A DNA stretch of 64,000 bases from Pseudomonadota bacterium (GTDB lineage: Bacteria > Pseudomonadota > Gammaproteobacteria > Burkholderiales > Burkholderiaceae_C), in contig JAJZUV010000011.1 of assembly GCA_021848345.1 (NCBI GenBank), forward strand, positions 8,080 to 72,079. Reading direction: 5' to 3'. The position numbers and the translations under genes are program-made. Position 1 is the stretch's first letter. Every line of letters begins with the position of its first letter. A model generated the notes under the pieces. The model ran no database searches. It saw only the letters and a program-made list of their open reading frames with translations, and had not been told where the DNA came from. Below, one piece after another: positions 1 to 9,627 of this stretch.

Positions 1-2
1 CC

Positions 3-734
3 CCCGAGGCCGAAACCGGCGCGCATGACGCCGCGGCCGAGGCGCCCGAGCTGGTGCGCCGCGGCGTGCGCTCCTACGTGCTGCGCACCGGGCGCCTGAC
101 CACCGGCCAGGCCCGCGCGCTGGCCGAACTGGGGCCGCGCTACGTGCTGCCCCACTCGCTCACCCCGCTCGACTGGGACACGCTGTTCGGACGCCGCGCG
201 CCGCGGGTGCTGGAAATCGGCTTCGGCATGGGCGAGGCGACCGCGCAACTGGCCCGCGAACAACCCGAACGGGATTTCATCGGCGTCGAGGTGCACACCC
301 CCGGGGTCGGCTCGCTGCTGCTGCGCATGCGCGAACTGGGCCTGGACAACGTGCGCATCGTCCAGCACGACGCGGTCGAGGTGCTGCGCGACATGGTCGC
401 GCCGGACTCGCTGGACGCGTTGCACGTCTACTTTCCCGACCCCTGGCACAAGAAGCGCCACCACAAGCGGCGCCTGATCCAGCCGGCACTGGTCGCGCTG
501 GCGGCCTCGCGCCTGCGCCCCGGCGGGCTGCTGCATTGCGCCACCGACTGGCAGGACTACGCCGAGCACATGCTGCGGGTGCTGCAGGCCGAACCGGCGC
601 TGCGCAACACCGTCGAGGCCTACGCCGAGCGCCCGTCGTGGCGCATGCCCAGCAGGTTCGAGCAGCGAGGGCTGCGCCTGGGCCATGGGGTGTGGGACCT
701 GATTTTCGAGCGCCGCGACGCCGCGGGCGGATAA
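3..734 (+). CDS. trmB: tRNA (guanine-N7)-methyltransferase; 5' end probably lies before the window
   Basis: Motifs [35 protein letters not shown]; frame stays open to the window start. Confidence 0.95.
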   Translation, partial: PEAETGAHDAAAEAPELVRRGVRSYVLRTGRLTTGQARALAELGPRYVLPHSLTPLDWDTLFGRRAPRVLEIGFGMGEATAQLAREQPERDFIGVEVHTPGVGSLLLRMRELGLDNVRIVQHDAVEVLRDMVAPDSLDALHVYFPDPWHKKRHHKRRLIQPALVALAASRLRPGGLLHCATDWQDYAEHMLRVLQAEPALRNTVEAYAERPSWRMPSRFEQRGLRLGHGVWDLIFERRDAAGG

Positions 735-738
735 AATC
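733..738 (+). promoter_or_regulatory. Candidate sigma70 -10 element (TAAAAT) for pcm, overlapping the trmB stop region
   Basis: GGATAAAATCG about 30 nt before the ATG at 769; the same 11-mer precedes suhB. Confidence 0.35.
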
Positions 739-768
739 GCGGTTTTCCCGTACGAGCCCCCTACAGCG

Positions 769-1419
769 ATGGATTTCGAACAAGCCCGTTTCAACATGAT
801 CGAGCAGCAGATCCGCCCCTGGGATGTGCTGGACCAGGACGTGCTGAACCTGCTGGGCGCGGTCAAGCGCGAGGACTTCGTGCCCGCTGCCTATCGCGCC
901 ATGGCCTTCACGGACATGGAGATTCCCCTGCCCCACGGGGAAAGCATGCTGGCGCCCAAGGTGGAGGCGCGCCTGCTGCAGGAACTGGGCGTGCGCAAGC
1001 ACGAATGGGTGCTGGAGATCGGCGCGGGCAGCGGCTTCATGGCGGCGCTGCTGGGCCATTGCGCCGCGCACGTGATGAGCCTGGAGATCCATCCGGAACT
1101 GGCCGAATCGGCGCAGCAGCACCTGCGTCAGGCCGGGGTGATGAACGCCACCGTGCGCTGCATGGATGCCTCGAAGGAACTGCCCCCGGGCGAATTCGAC
1201 GTGATCGTGCTGTCCGGCTCGGTGGCGCAGATCCCGCAGGCGCTGGTGGACCGGCTCAAGCCCGGCGGCCGCCTGTGCGCGGTGGTCGGGGATGCGCCCA
1301 TGATGCGCGCGCAATTGCTCACCCGCAGCGGCGAGCGCCAGTCGCGGGTGGTCGACCTGTTCGACACCGTGGCTCCGCGCCTGCACGGCTTCGCCGAGAC
1401 GCCGCGTTTCCGCTTCTGA
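769..1419 (+). CDS. pcm: Protein-L-isoaspartate O-methyltransferase family protein
   Basis: EQARFNMIEQQIRPW N-terminus, VLEIGAGSG SAM-binding motif. Confidence 0.88.
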   Translation: MDFEQARFNMIEQQIRPWDVLDQDVLNLLGAVKREDFVPAAYRAMAFTDMEIPLPHGESMLAPKVEARLLQELGVRKHEWVLEIGAGSGFMAALLGHCAAHVMSLEIHPELAESAQQHLRQAGVMNATVRCMDASKELPPGEFDVIVLSGSVAQIPQALVDRLKPGGRLCAVVGDAPMMRAQLLTRSGERQSRVVDLFDTVAPRLHGFAETPRFRF

Positions 1420-1470
1420 ACCCAACCGGCGCCGGCGCCCCCGCCGTCGCCTGCCCTGCAGGATCCCCCC

Positions 1471-1818
1471 ATGACCATTGCGCAACTGACCGTTGGCGAA
1501 CTCAGCGAAATGCTCGACAACCATCCCGAGGAACTGGGTTCCTGGCAGGTGGTGGACGTGCGCGAGCCCTGGGAACTCGAACGCGCGAGCATCCGGCACG
1601 CGCGCTTTCGCAGCACCGCGATCCCGATGGCCACGATCCCGTTGCGCCAGGGCGAACTCGAGCGGGAGAAGAAGCTGCTGATCATGTGCCGCACCGGTGG
1701 GCGCAGCACCCAGGTGGCGAATTTCCTGGTGCAGAACGGCTTCGAGCAGGTCTACAACCTGCAGGGCGGCATCACCGCGTGGTCGCGCGAGATCGACCCC
1801 TCGATCCCCACCTATTGA
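1471..1818 (+). CDS. Single-domain rhodanese-like sulfurtransferase
   Basis: VDVREPWE, active loop CRTGGRS, YNLQGGITAW. Confidence 0.88.
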   Translation: MTIAQLTVGELSEMLDNHPEELGSWQVVDVREPWELERASIRHARFRSTAIPMATIPLRQGELEREKKLLIMCRTGGRSTQVANFLVQNGFEQVYNLQGGITAWSREIDPSIPTY

Positions 1819-3158
1819 CCCGGCGCGGAACCGGCCGCAGGCTGCGAGGACGCCTCCTCGCGCGCGGCGGCACCGCGCAGGCGCTGGGCGATCCAGTGCG
1901 CCTGGGCGCGTGCCGCGCCGCGGTGGGATGAACTGAAATCGCGGGCGCCGGCGCGCGCGCGCTGCAGCGCCGCGCCGTCGTCCAGCCAGCCCAGCAGGCG
2001 CCGCCAGACCTCGGCGGCGTCGGCCGCGCGCGCCACCGCGCCGGCCTGCTCGCCCTGCTCCACGGCCTGCGCGAAATTGAACACGTGCGGCCCCATGACC
2101 ACGGGGCAGGCCTCGGCGCAGGCCTCGATCAGGTTCTGCCCGCCCAGCGGCAGAAGACTTGCACCGACGAAGGCGGCATCGGACATCGCGTAGTACGCCG
2201 GCATCTCGCCGATGCTGTCGCCGATCCACACATCGAGTTCGGCGTCGGGAGGCCCGGCGCTGCGCGAACCATGCCGCAGCCCGCGCTGATCGAGCAGGAG
2301 CCGCAGCGCCGGAACCCGATCCAGATGGCGTGGCACGAGCACCACCAGCGCGCGCCGGCCCAGGCCCTTCGGCATGGCGTCCAGCAGGAGCTGCTCCTCG
2401 GCCACGCCGCGATCCTCGCGCGTGGAGGCTAGCACCAGCACGCGACGCGCCGCGGCGTCGCGCCACTGCCGCCCCTGCGCGCGCAACGCGGCATCGGCGC
2501 GGCGATCGAACTTGAGATTTCCGGCCACCACCACGTCGCGCACCCCCAGATCGCGCAGGCGCGAGGCGTCGCCGCCGGTCTGCGCGGCCGCGCCGGCCAG
2601 CGCGCCGCAGGTGGCATGCGCCAGCGCCGGCCAGCGCGCCCAGCGCGCCGCGCTGCGCGCGGAAAGCCTCGCATTGGCCAGCAACAGCTGGATGCCCCGC
2701 GCCGCGCAGGCCCGCGCCAGGTTGGGCCACAGCTCGGTTTCCATCAGCACCCCCACGTCGGGGCGGAAATGGTCGAGAAAGCGGCCCACCGCCCACGGCA
2801 GGTCGTAGGGCAGCCAGACCTGGGCGTCGCCGGCGCGCAGCAGTTCGGCGCCGGCGGCCCGCCCGGTGGGCGTGGTGTGGGTGAGCAGCAGGCGCAGATC
2901 GGGGAGCTCGCGCCTGAGCGCCTCCAGCAGCGGCGCCGCCGCGCGCGTCTCGCCCAGCGAGACCGCGTGCAGCCACAGCAGGGGCGCGTCGCCAGCGCTC
3001 GTCGGCGGCAACGCGTAATGCCCGAAACGCTCGCCCAGGTGCGCGCGGTAGTCCGCATCGCGCCGCGAACGCCACAGCAGGCGCAGCACCGCCAGCGGCG
3101 CGAGCAGCCACCAGGCCAGGGTGTACAGGCGGATTGCGCGACGCTCGGCCGGGCTCAT
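1812..3158 (-). CDS. waaA: 3-deoxy-D-manno-octulosonic acid (Kdo) transferase
   Basis: LWLHAVSLGET, YLPYDL-like WLPYDLP, METELWPN, GNLKFD, GGQNLIEA; start chosen at ATG 3158 (MSPAERR). Confidence 0.93.
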   Translation of the reverse strand: MSPAERRAIRLYTLAWWLLAPLAVLRLLWRSRRDADYRAHLGERFGHYALPPTSAGDAPLLWLHAVSLGETRAAAPLLEALRRELPDLRLLLTHTTPTGRAAGAELLRAGDAQVWLPYDLPWAVGRFLDHFRPDVGVLMETELWPNLARACAARGIQLLLANARLSARSAARWARWPALAHATCGALAGAAAQTGGDASRLRDLGVRDVVVAGNLKFDRRADAALRAQGRQWRDAAARRVLVLASTREDRGVAEEQLLLDAMPKGLGRRALVVLVPRHLDRVPALRLLLDQRGLRHGSRSAGPPDAELDVWIGDSIGEMPAYYAMSDAAFVGASLLPLGGQNLIEACAEACPVVMGPHVFNFAQAVEQGEQAGAVARAADAAEVWRRLLGWLDDGAALQRARAGARDFSSSHRGAARAQAHWIAQRLRGAAAREEASSQPAAGSAPGQ

Positions 3159-3473
3159 ACCTGGCCGGCCCGGCTCGGCAGGCCCGCCGCACGGCAAGCC
3201 GACGCGCGCACACGCGACGCGTCCGAACATGCCGCCACGGACCCGGGGTGCGGGCAACGGCCACGGCGCCAGGCGCAGCGGTGCGGCCAAGCTATGATGA
3301 CCGGTCGCAGGAATCGGCAGGACATCGAAGGACCGTGCGCGCGCGCACGCACGCCCCGACTCCCCAAGCCGCGGATGCGCCACGATCCGCACGGGTTACC
3401 CGGCGGCTGCGACGGCGTTTCGGCAAGCCGCGGAGCACCGGACGGGCAAGCCTCGCGGAACCTGGCAGGCACG

Positions 3474-4538
3474 ATGAATATTCTGATCATCAAGACTTCT
3501 TCTCTCGGCGACATCGTACATGCGCTACCTGTCCTTCAATACCTGCGGCGGGTGGCACCACAAGCTCAAGTCGACTGGCTGGTGGACGAGGCGTTCGCAA
3601 ACGTTCTGACCTTGCACCCGGCCGTGAGCCAATTGCTCGTGGTCCCGCTGCGGCGGTGGAAAAAGGCCCCGCTGGCGCTGTCCACCTGGCGCGGTCTGCG
3701 CGCATTCGTGCGCCGGCTTCGAGGTCGGCATTATGACTTGGTGTTCGACCTGCAAGGCAACACCAAGAGCGCCCTGCTTTGCGCAGCCACGCGCGGCACG
3801 CGCAAGGTCGGCTTTGCCGCGCGCAACCTGCAGGAACCCCTGGCACGCTGGGTCACCAACGAGAAGGTCGAATTCGAGCCGACCGACCGCCACGCCGTGC
3901 AGCGCTATCTGCGCGTCGTCGCGGGCGCGTTCGACGCGACTCCGGATGCGCTGCGCGATCGCGCGAGCATCGCCGTGGCCGAGAGCGATACCCGGGCCGC
4001 CGCCGCGCTGCTGGCCGATGCCCCCCGGCCTCGCATCGCGCTGCACTGCGGTACCTCGTGGGCCAGCAAGCTGTGGTCCGAGGACGGCTGGGTGGAACTC
4101 GGCCGAGGCTTGCTCGCGCACGGCCTGGCCGGCGCGCTGCTGCTGAGCTGGGGCGACGAGGCCGAGCGGGAGCGTGCCGAGCGCATCGCATCGCGCATCG
4201 GCGAGGGTGCCCGGCTGCTGCCTCGGCTCGACCTCAAGCGCCTGTGCGCGGTCTTCGAGGCCTGCGAACTGATGCTTGGCGCCGACACGGGCCCGGTGCA
4301 CCTCGCCGCGGCGGCCGGCACCTCGACGGTCTCCATCTACCGATGCACCGACGGCACACGCAACGGCCCGTTCGGCCCGTCCCACCGTATCGTGCAGGCG
4401 CCGCTGGACTGCTCGAAATGCTGGGGCGGAACCTGCTGGCGGGACGTCGAGTGCACCGGCAGCATCCGTCCGGATGCCGTGCTGCAGGCCGCGCGGGAAC
4501 TGCTGGAGTCTGGTCCGACACCTCGCCCTGAATCATGA
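3474..4538 (+). CDS. waaC: GT9 lipopolysaccharide heptosyltransferase I-like protein
   Basis: MNILIIKTSSLGDIVHALP, YDLVFDLQGNTKS, GADTGPVHLAAA; C-terminal CSKC-x4-C-x5-C motif; AT-richer 5' codons. Confidence 0.8.
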   Translation: MNILIIKTSSLGDIVHALPVLQYLRRVAPQAQVDWLVDEAFANVLTLHPAVSQLLVVPLRRWKKAPLALSTWRGLRAFVRRLRGRHYDLVFDLQGNTKSALLCAATRGTRKVGFAARNLQEPLARWVTNEKVEFEPTDRHAVQRYLRVVAGAFDATPDALRDRASIAVAESDTRAAAALLADAPRPRIALHCGTSWASKLWSEDGWVELGRGLLAHGLAGALLLSWGDEAERERAERIASRIGEGARLLPRLDLKRLCAVFEACELMLGADTGPVHLAAAAGTSTVSIYRCTDGTRNGPFGPSHRIVQAPLDCSKCWGGTCWRDVECTGSIRPDAVLQAARELLESGPTPRPES

Positions 4539-5629
4539 CGACGAACAAACTCTCCATCGTGCAGGTCATCAGCCAGGCACGCTTTTCAGGTGCCGAGCAT
4601 GTCTGCCTGAACCTCAGCCTCGAGTTGCAGCGCCGCGGCCACCGGGTGCTGCTGCTGTGCAAGGACACCGGCGGCTTTCCCGAAGAGGCGCGAAAGCGCG
4701 GGCTGGACGTCCGTACGCCATCGATCTCGGGCAAGCTCAACTTCGCCGCCCCGGTGGCGATCGGCTCCCTGGCCCGCAGCTTCGGTGCCGATCTGATCCA
4801 CAGTCACCTGTCGAGCGCGGCGCTCTGGGGCAGCCTGGCGGGGCGACTGTTCGGCATCCCGACCATCGGCCACATCCACGCCCTGAACACCTACTTCTAT
4901 TACCGTTTCAGCCATTTCAACCTCACCTGCTCCGACGGGGTGAGGCGTGCCATGCTGTCCCGCGGGGCCGAGCCATCGCGCATCCGGGTGGTCTACAACG
5001 GGATCGACCCGGGGCGCCTGCTCGACCTGACGCCGCCGCAGCAGCTTCTCGGCGAGCTGAACATCGATGCCGACGCGCGGGTCATCGCCTGCGTGGGGCA
5101 CCTGACCGCTCGCAAGGGGCAGATCCACCTGCTGCGGGCCATGGCCAGGCTCAGCGAGGACTGGCCGCAGCTTCACTGCCTGCTGGTCGGCGTCGGCAAT
5201 CTGCGCGACATGCTGCGCGAGCAGGCGCGACAACTGGGCATCGCCGACCGCGTGCATTTCCTCGGATTCCGACGCGACGCGGTGTCCCTGATGAACTGCG
5301 CGGAAATCGTCGTGCTGCCGTCGATCAGCAAGGAGGGGCTCGGGCTCGCGCTGATCGAGGCCCAACTGCTGGGCAAGCCGACCGTCGGCAGCGATGCCCC
5401 GGGAATCGACGAAGTGATCGAGAACGAGGTCGTCGGCCTGCTGGTCCCTCCGGCCGACGACGCTGCGCTGGCCGCGGCGCTGCACCGGCTGCTGGCCGAC
5501 TCGTCGCTGCGTCAGCGTTTCGGGGCAGCGGGACGCGAGCGTGCCCGCACGCGGTTCACGGTCGAGGCCATGACCGACGCATGCGAGTCGGCCTACGCCG
5601 AAGTGCTGGCGCGAACCAGGTCCGGTTGA
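4535..5629 (+). CDS. GT4 family glycosyltransferase (probably LPS core)
   Basis: FSGAEHV, VVYNGID, GHLTARKG, EGLGLALIEA; ATGA overlap with the GT9 gene. Confidence 0.88.
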   Translation: MTTNKLSIVQVISQARFSGAEHVCLNLSLELQRRGHRVLLLCKDTGGFPEEARKRGLDVRTPSISGKLNFAAPVAIGSLARSFGADLIHSHLSSAALWGSLAGRLFGIPTIGHIHALNTYFYYRFSHFNLTCSDGVRRAMLSRGAEPSRIRVVYNGIDPGRLLDLTPPQQLLGELNIDADARVIACVGHLTARKGQIHLLRAMARLSEDWPQLHCLLVGVGNLRDMLREQARQLGIADRVHFLGFRRDAVSLMNCAEIVVLPSISKEGLGLALIEAQLLGKPTVGSDAPGIDEVIENEVVGLLVPPADDAALAAALHRLLADSSLRQRFGAAGRERARTRFTVEAMTDACESAYAEVLARTRSG

Positions 5630-5638
5630 ATCCCGCCG

Positions 5639-5660
5639 TGCCGGCCGCCCCCGGCCGGCA
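5639..5660. terminator. Perfect 9-bp hairpin between convergent GT4 and PMM/PGM genes
   Basis: TGCCGGCCG-CCCC-CGGCCGGCA; no U tract. Confidence 0.45.
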
Positions 5661-5665
5661 GCGGT

Positions 5666-7042
5666 TCAGAACGGCAGGGCCAGCCCGGGTTGCAGGGCGT
5701 GCAGCGCGGCGCGGAATTCCTCCTGGATGCGCCGCAGGCCGGCCTGGTCATGGGCCTCGAAGCGCAGCACCACGCACGGCGTGGTGTTGGAAGGACGGGC
5801 CAGCCCGAAACCGTCGTCGTACTCGGCGCGCACGCCGTCGATGGTGTGCACGTGGCGTGCCGTGGGAAAGCGCGCCTCGCGCTGCAGGCGCTCGCAGATC
5901 TCGAACTGCTGCTGCGCCTCGGTTGGAATCTTCAATTCAGGCGTGGACACCGAATCGGGCAGCGCCAGCAACTCGGCCTGCACGTCGGCCACGCGCGCCA
6001 GGAGTTCCAGCAGGCGCGCGGCACCGTACTGGGCATCGTCAAATCCGTACCAGCGATCCTTGAAGAAGATGTGCCCGCTCATCTCGCCGGCCAGCGGCGC
6101 GCCCACCTGCTTCATGCGCGCCTTGATCAGCGAGTGTCCGGTGCGCCACATCATCGGATCGCCGCCGTGGCGTCGCACCCAGGGGTCCAGGTTGGCCGTG
6201 CACTTGACGTCGAAGATGATCGGAGCGCCGGGATGGCGCTGCAGCACGTCGGCCGCGTAGAGCATCAGCTGGCGATCGGGCCAGATCACGTGGCCGTCCT
6301 TGGTGACCACGCCCAGGCGGTCGCCGTCGCCGTCGAAGGCCAGGCCGATCTCGGCGTCGCCGTCGCGCAGCACGCGTTGCAGGTCCTCCAGGTTGTGGGG
6401 ATCCGCCGGATCGGGGTGATGATTGGGAAAGCTGCCGTCGACCTCGCAGAACAGCTCGGTGACCTCGCAGCCCAGGCGGCGCAGCAGTTCCGGCGCGAAA
6501 GCACCGGCCACGCCGTTGCCGCAATCCACCGCCACCCGCACGGGACGGGCCAGGCGGATGTCGGAGACGATGCGCTGCAGATAGGGCTCGACGATGCTGG
6601 CCTCGCGCAGCGCGCCGCTGCCCTGGGCATAGGCCTCGGAGACCGTGAGATCGCGCAGCGCGGCGATGTCCTCGCCATGCAGTGCGTCGCCGCACAGCAC
6701 CATCTTCAGGCCGTTGTATTCCGGCGGGTTGTGGCTGCCGGTGATCTGGATGCCGTTGGCGACCTCGGTGGTGGCACAGGCGAAATACAGCATGGGCGTC
6801 GCGTTCATGCCCAGGTCGATCACGTCGAGCCCGCCCGCGCGCAGGCCCGCGCTCAGCGCGCCGGCCAGCCTGGGGCCCGAGTCGCGTCCGTCGCGACTGA
6901 TGTGGACGGCCCGCTGGCCGCGCGCGCGGGCCACCGTGGCGTAGGCGCGCCCGATGTGCTCGCAGGCGGCTTCGGTGAGGGAGCGGTCGACGATGCCGCG
7001 GATGTCGTAGGCCTTGAACAGCGAGGGATCGAGTTGTGCCAT
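5666..7042 (-). CDS. Phosphomannomutase/phosphoglucomutase (AlgC-like)
   Basis: FKAYDIRG, ITGSHNP, FDGDGDR, GEMSGH. Confidence 0.95.
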   Translation of the reverse strand: MAQLDPSLFKAYDIRGIVDRSLTEAACEHIGRAYATVARARGQRAVHISRDGRDSGPRLAGALSAGLRAGGLDVIDLGMNATPMLYFACATTEVANGIQITGSHNPPEYNGLKMVLCGDALHGEDIAALRDLTVSEAYAQGSGALREASIVEPYLQRIVSDIRLARPVRVAVDCGNGVAGAFAPELLRRLGCEVTELFCEVDGSFPNHHPDPADPHNLEDLQRVLRDGDAEIGLAFDGDGDRLGVVTKDGHVIWPDRQLMLYAADVLQRHPGAPIIFDVKCTANLDPWVRRHGGDPMMWRTGHSLIKARMKQVGAPLAGEMSGHIFFKDRWYGFDDAQYGAARLLELLARVADVQAELLALPDSVSTPELKIPTEAQQQFEICERLQREARFPTARHVHTIDGVRAEYDDGFGLARPSNTTPCVVLRFEAHDQAGLRRIQEEFRAALHALQPGLALPF

Positions 7043-7139
7043 GGATTGCGTGCTTGCGTGCGTACGTGCTTGCGATGGACCCGGGGACACGCGGCCCGCC
7101 AGGTCGAGGCAAAATGCCATTTTCTCACGCCGCCCCGCC

Positions 7140-7979
7140 ATGGCCACCTATCTGATCGGCGACCTGCAAGGTTGCGACGACGCCTTCGCCCGCCTGATCG
7201 ATCACCTGCGCTTCGAACCGGGGCGCGATCGCCTGATCGTGCTGGGCGACGCGGTCAACCGCGGGCCGGCCTCGGCCGCCTGCCTGCGCCGGCTCATGGG
7301 CCTGGGCGACAGCGCGCAGTGCCTGCTCGGAAACCACGACCTGCACCTGCTCGCCGTGGCCGAGGGCGTACGCCGCGCGCATCGCAGCGACACGCTGGAC
7401 GACATCCTGCGCGCGCCCGACCGGGACGAAATGCTGCACTGGGTGCGCCAGCGCCCGCTGGCGCTGCTCGAACAGGGCTGGCTGCTGGTGCACGCCGGAG
7501 TGCTGCCGGACTGGAGCGTGGAACAGACCCTGGAACTGGCCGCCGAGGTCGAACAGCAGTTGCGCACCCAGGCTCCGCGTGAATTCCTCGCCGACCTGTT
7601 CGGCAACCAGCCGGCACGCTGGTCGCCGGGGCTGCGCGGCCCGGATCGGTGGCGTCTGACGGTCAACGCGCTGACCCGCCTGCGCTACATCGACACCCGC
7701 GACGCAAGCATCGATTTCCACGCCAAGCAGGCCCCCGCCGGCGCCCCGCCCCATCTGCTTCCCTGGTTCGCGGTGCCGGGACGCGCCACGCGCGCCACGC
7801 CCATCGCCTTCGGGCACTGGTCCACCCTCGGCCTGTCGTGGAGCGACGGCGCGCTGTGCCTGGACAGCGGTTGCCTGTGGGGCGGCGCGCTGAGCTGCGT
7901 ACGCCTCGAATCGCCCCAGCGCCCGTGGCTGGAATTGCATGGCCTGCCCTGCGTGGGCCAGCGCGAGCCGGGCACCTGA
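7140..7979 (+). CDS. apaH: Symmetrical bis(5'-nucleosyl)-tetraphosphatase
   Basis: [41 protein letters not shown]. Confidence 0.93.
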   Translation: MATYLIGDLQGCDDAFARLIDHLRFEPGRDRLIVLGDAVNRGPASAACLRRLMGLGDSAQCLLGNHDLHLLAVAEGVRRAHRSDTLDDILRAPDRDEMLHWVRQRPLALLEQGWLLVHAGVLPDWSVEQTLELAAEVEQQLRTQAPREFLADLFGNQPARWSPGLRGPDRWRLTVNALTRLRYIDTRDASIDFHAKQAPAGAPPHLLPWFAVPGRATRATPIAFGHWSTLGLSWSDGALCLDSGCLWGGALSCVRLESPQRPWLELHGLPCVGQREPGT

Positions 7980-8068
7980 ACGTCGCGCGAGACGCCTCGC
8001 ACTGGGCATGCGGGCCAATCCTGTGTACAATGCCCCTTTTTGCCAACGCTTATCAAGTGGAGTGCTGT

Positions 8069-8302
8069 ATGGCACGCGTCTGTCAGGTTACCGGCAAAGC
8101 GCCGATGGTGGGTAACAACGTTTCCCACGCCAACAACAAGACCAAGCGTCGCTTCCTGCCCAATCTGCAATATCGCAGGATCTGGGTGGAAAGCGAGAAC
8201 CGTTTCGTGCGCCTTCGCGTCTCGAACGCCGGCCTGCGCCTGATCGACAAGGTCGGCATCGATGCCGTGCTGACGGATCTGCGCGCGCGCGGCGAAGTCT
8301 GA
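8069..8302 (+). CDS. rpmB: 50S ribosomal protein L28
   Basis: [34 protein letters not shown]; GGAG RBS. Confidence 0.98.
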   Translation: MARVCQVTGKAPMVGNNVSHANNKTKRRFLPNLQYRRIWVESENRFVRLRVSNAGLRLIDKVGIDAVLTDLRARGEV

Positions 8303-8330
8303 ATTCGACAAGCAACAGGAGTGACGCGCC

Positions 8331-8498
8331 ATGGCCAAAGGCGGACGTGAAAAGATCAAGCTGGAGTCGACCGCCGGAACCGGTCACTTCTACACCACGA
8401 CCAAGAACAAGCGCATCCAGCCCGAAAAGATGGAGATCGCGAAGTTCGATCCGGTCGCGCGCAAGCATGTGGTCTACAAGGAAACCAAGCTCAAGTAA
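8331..8498 (+). CDS. rpmG: 50S ribosomal protein L33 (55 aa, absent from the ORF track)
   Basis: Manual translation [55 protein letters not shown]; AGGAG RBS. Confidence 0.97.
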   Translation: MAKGGREKIKLESTAGTGHFYTTTKNKRIQPEKMEIAKFDPVARKHVVYKETKLK

Positions 8499-8537
8499 GT
8501 TCGCCTGAACTTGGCGGGTCGGACCCGCTCTGCCCCA

Positions 8538-8567
8538 AGAAACCCGCCCATGAGGCGGGTTTTTTTG
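8538..8567 (+). terminator. Rho-independent terminator of rpmBG
   Basis: AAACCCGCC-CATGA-GGCGGGTTT followed by a T run. Confidence 0.9.
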
Positions 8568-8675
8568 CGCCCTGCCCGGCGCGCACCCGCGCTGCGGGCG
8601 CAAAAAAGCCAGCCGAAGCTGGCTTCTCTGCAGGACTCGACAGCGAGCCGAGGCCCGCTGCGCGGCAATGCCGAA

Positions 8676-8918
8676 TTACTTCTTGTCGGCGCTGCTGGCG
8701 GCGGAAGCGGCCGGGGCGGCAGCCGGAGCCGAAGCGGCGGCGGAAGCAGCCGGGGCGGCCTTCGACGCTTCAGCGGCGGGGGCCGAGGCGGCGGCGGGGG
8801 CGGAGGCCGGGGCGGCGGCGGAGGCCGGGGCCGAGGCAGGAGCAGCTTCTTCCTTCTTGCCGCAGGCAGCCAGAGCCAGAGCAGCGATCATGGAAGCCAA
8901 CAACACGGACTTTTTCAT
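8676..8918 (-). CDS. Small Ala/Pro/Ser-rich lipoprotein
   Basis: MKKSVLLASMIAALALAAC lipobox, then low-complexity APAS/AAAS repeats; GAGGA RBS. Confidence 0.8.
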   Translation of the reverse strand: MKKSVLLASMIAALALAACGKKEEAAPASAPASAAAPASAPAAASAPAAEASKAAPAASAAASAPAAAPAASAASSADKK

Positions 8919-9098
8919 TTGATTCCTCAAGCGTCAGTACAAGACACAGGCGATGGAACCGGGGATTCCCGGCTGAATTTTGTGAAGCTCGAACCCGCCA
9001 TCCACATCGATGGCACACAGTTCAATGGAAAAGTATAGCTCCACCCCGGGTTTGCCCCGATGCCCTTGTCATCATTGCATCCAAATGTTGCAAAACGA

Positions 9099-9599
9099 TC
9101 ACAATCCGAGGGCGCGGGGCACGAAGCCGGGCTCGGCCAGATCCCAGGCCTGCTCGAACATCTGCAGCGAGGCCTGAGCATCGCGTCCGGCCTGGAGCAA
9201 GGCGCGGCGCTCGCGCTGCGCCGGCAAGGCCACCAGCGCGCGCTCGTGCAGCCACAGCCCCTCGGGAGGAGACTCGATCCCGGGAGACAACTCGCGGCAC
9301 TGGATGACGTGGGAAAACTCCTCTCTCCACCGAACGAAACGAGAGTTTCCCGCAAGCAATCTGGAATAGTCGCGCGCAAGCATGCGCATGCAGGGACGCC
9401 GTCGCGGCAAGGCCCAGCGCGCGAGCCCCTGCACCAGCGCGGATTCGTCCAGCGGCCACTCGGCGTAGTCGTCGCTGTACATGCACAACTGCGCGCCGGG
9501 ATCGAGCAACAACTCGCGCAGGGCCTGTTGCCAGGCCAGGCGACCTTCGATGACCGGCGCCGCCTCGGATTGCGCTGCGCCGTCCTGCGTGGCATCCAT
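9099..9599 (-). CDS. Hypothetical protein downstream of the JmjC/cupin gene
   Basis: Protein-like composition (YSDDYAEWPL, SRFVRWREEFSHVIQCR), same strand and 28 nt from the cupin gene. Confidence 0.65.
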   Translation of the reverse strand: MDATQDGAAQSEAAPVIEGRLAWQQALRELLLDPGAQLCMYSDDYAEWPLDESALVQGLARWALPRRRPCMRMLARDYSRLLAGNSRFVRWREEFSHVIQCRELSPGIESPPEGLWLHERALVALPAQRERRALLQAGRDAQASLQMFEQAWDLAEPGFVPRALGL

Positions 9600-9627
9600 T
9601 CATACCTCCCGCTCGCGCCGCCGCGCT

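Noticed and set aside
277-3264. 995-aa minus-strand ORF and many similar long Arg/Ala/Gly/Pro-rich ORFs (e.g. 12454-15450, 18278-21169, 40197-42794, 46645-49047)
   Set aside because: Shadow frames of real genes. Very high GC suppresses stop codons, and the translations are low-complexity with no family motifs.
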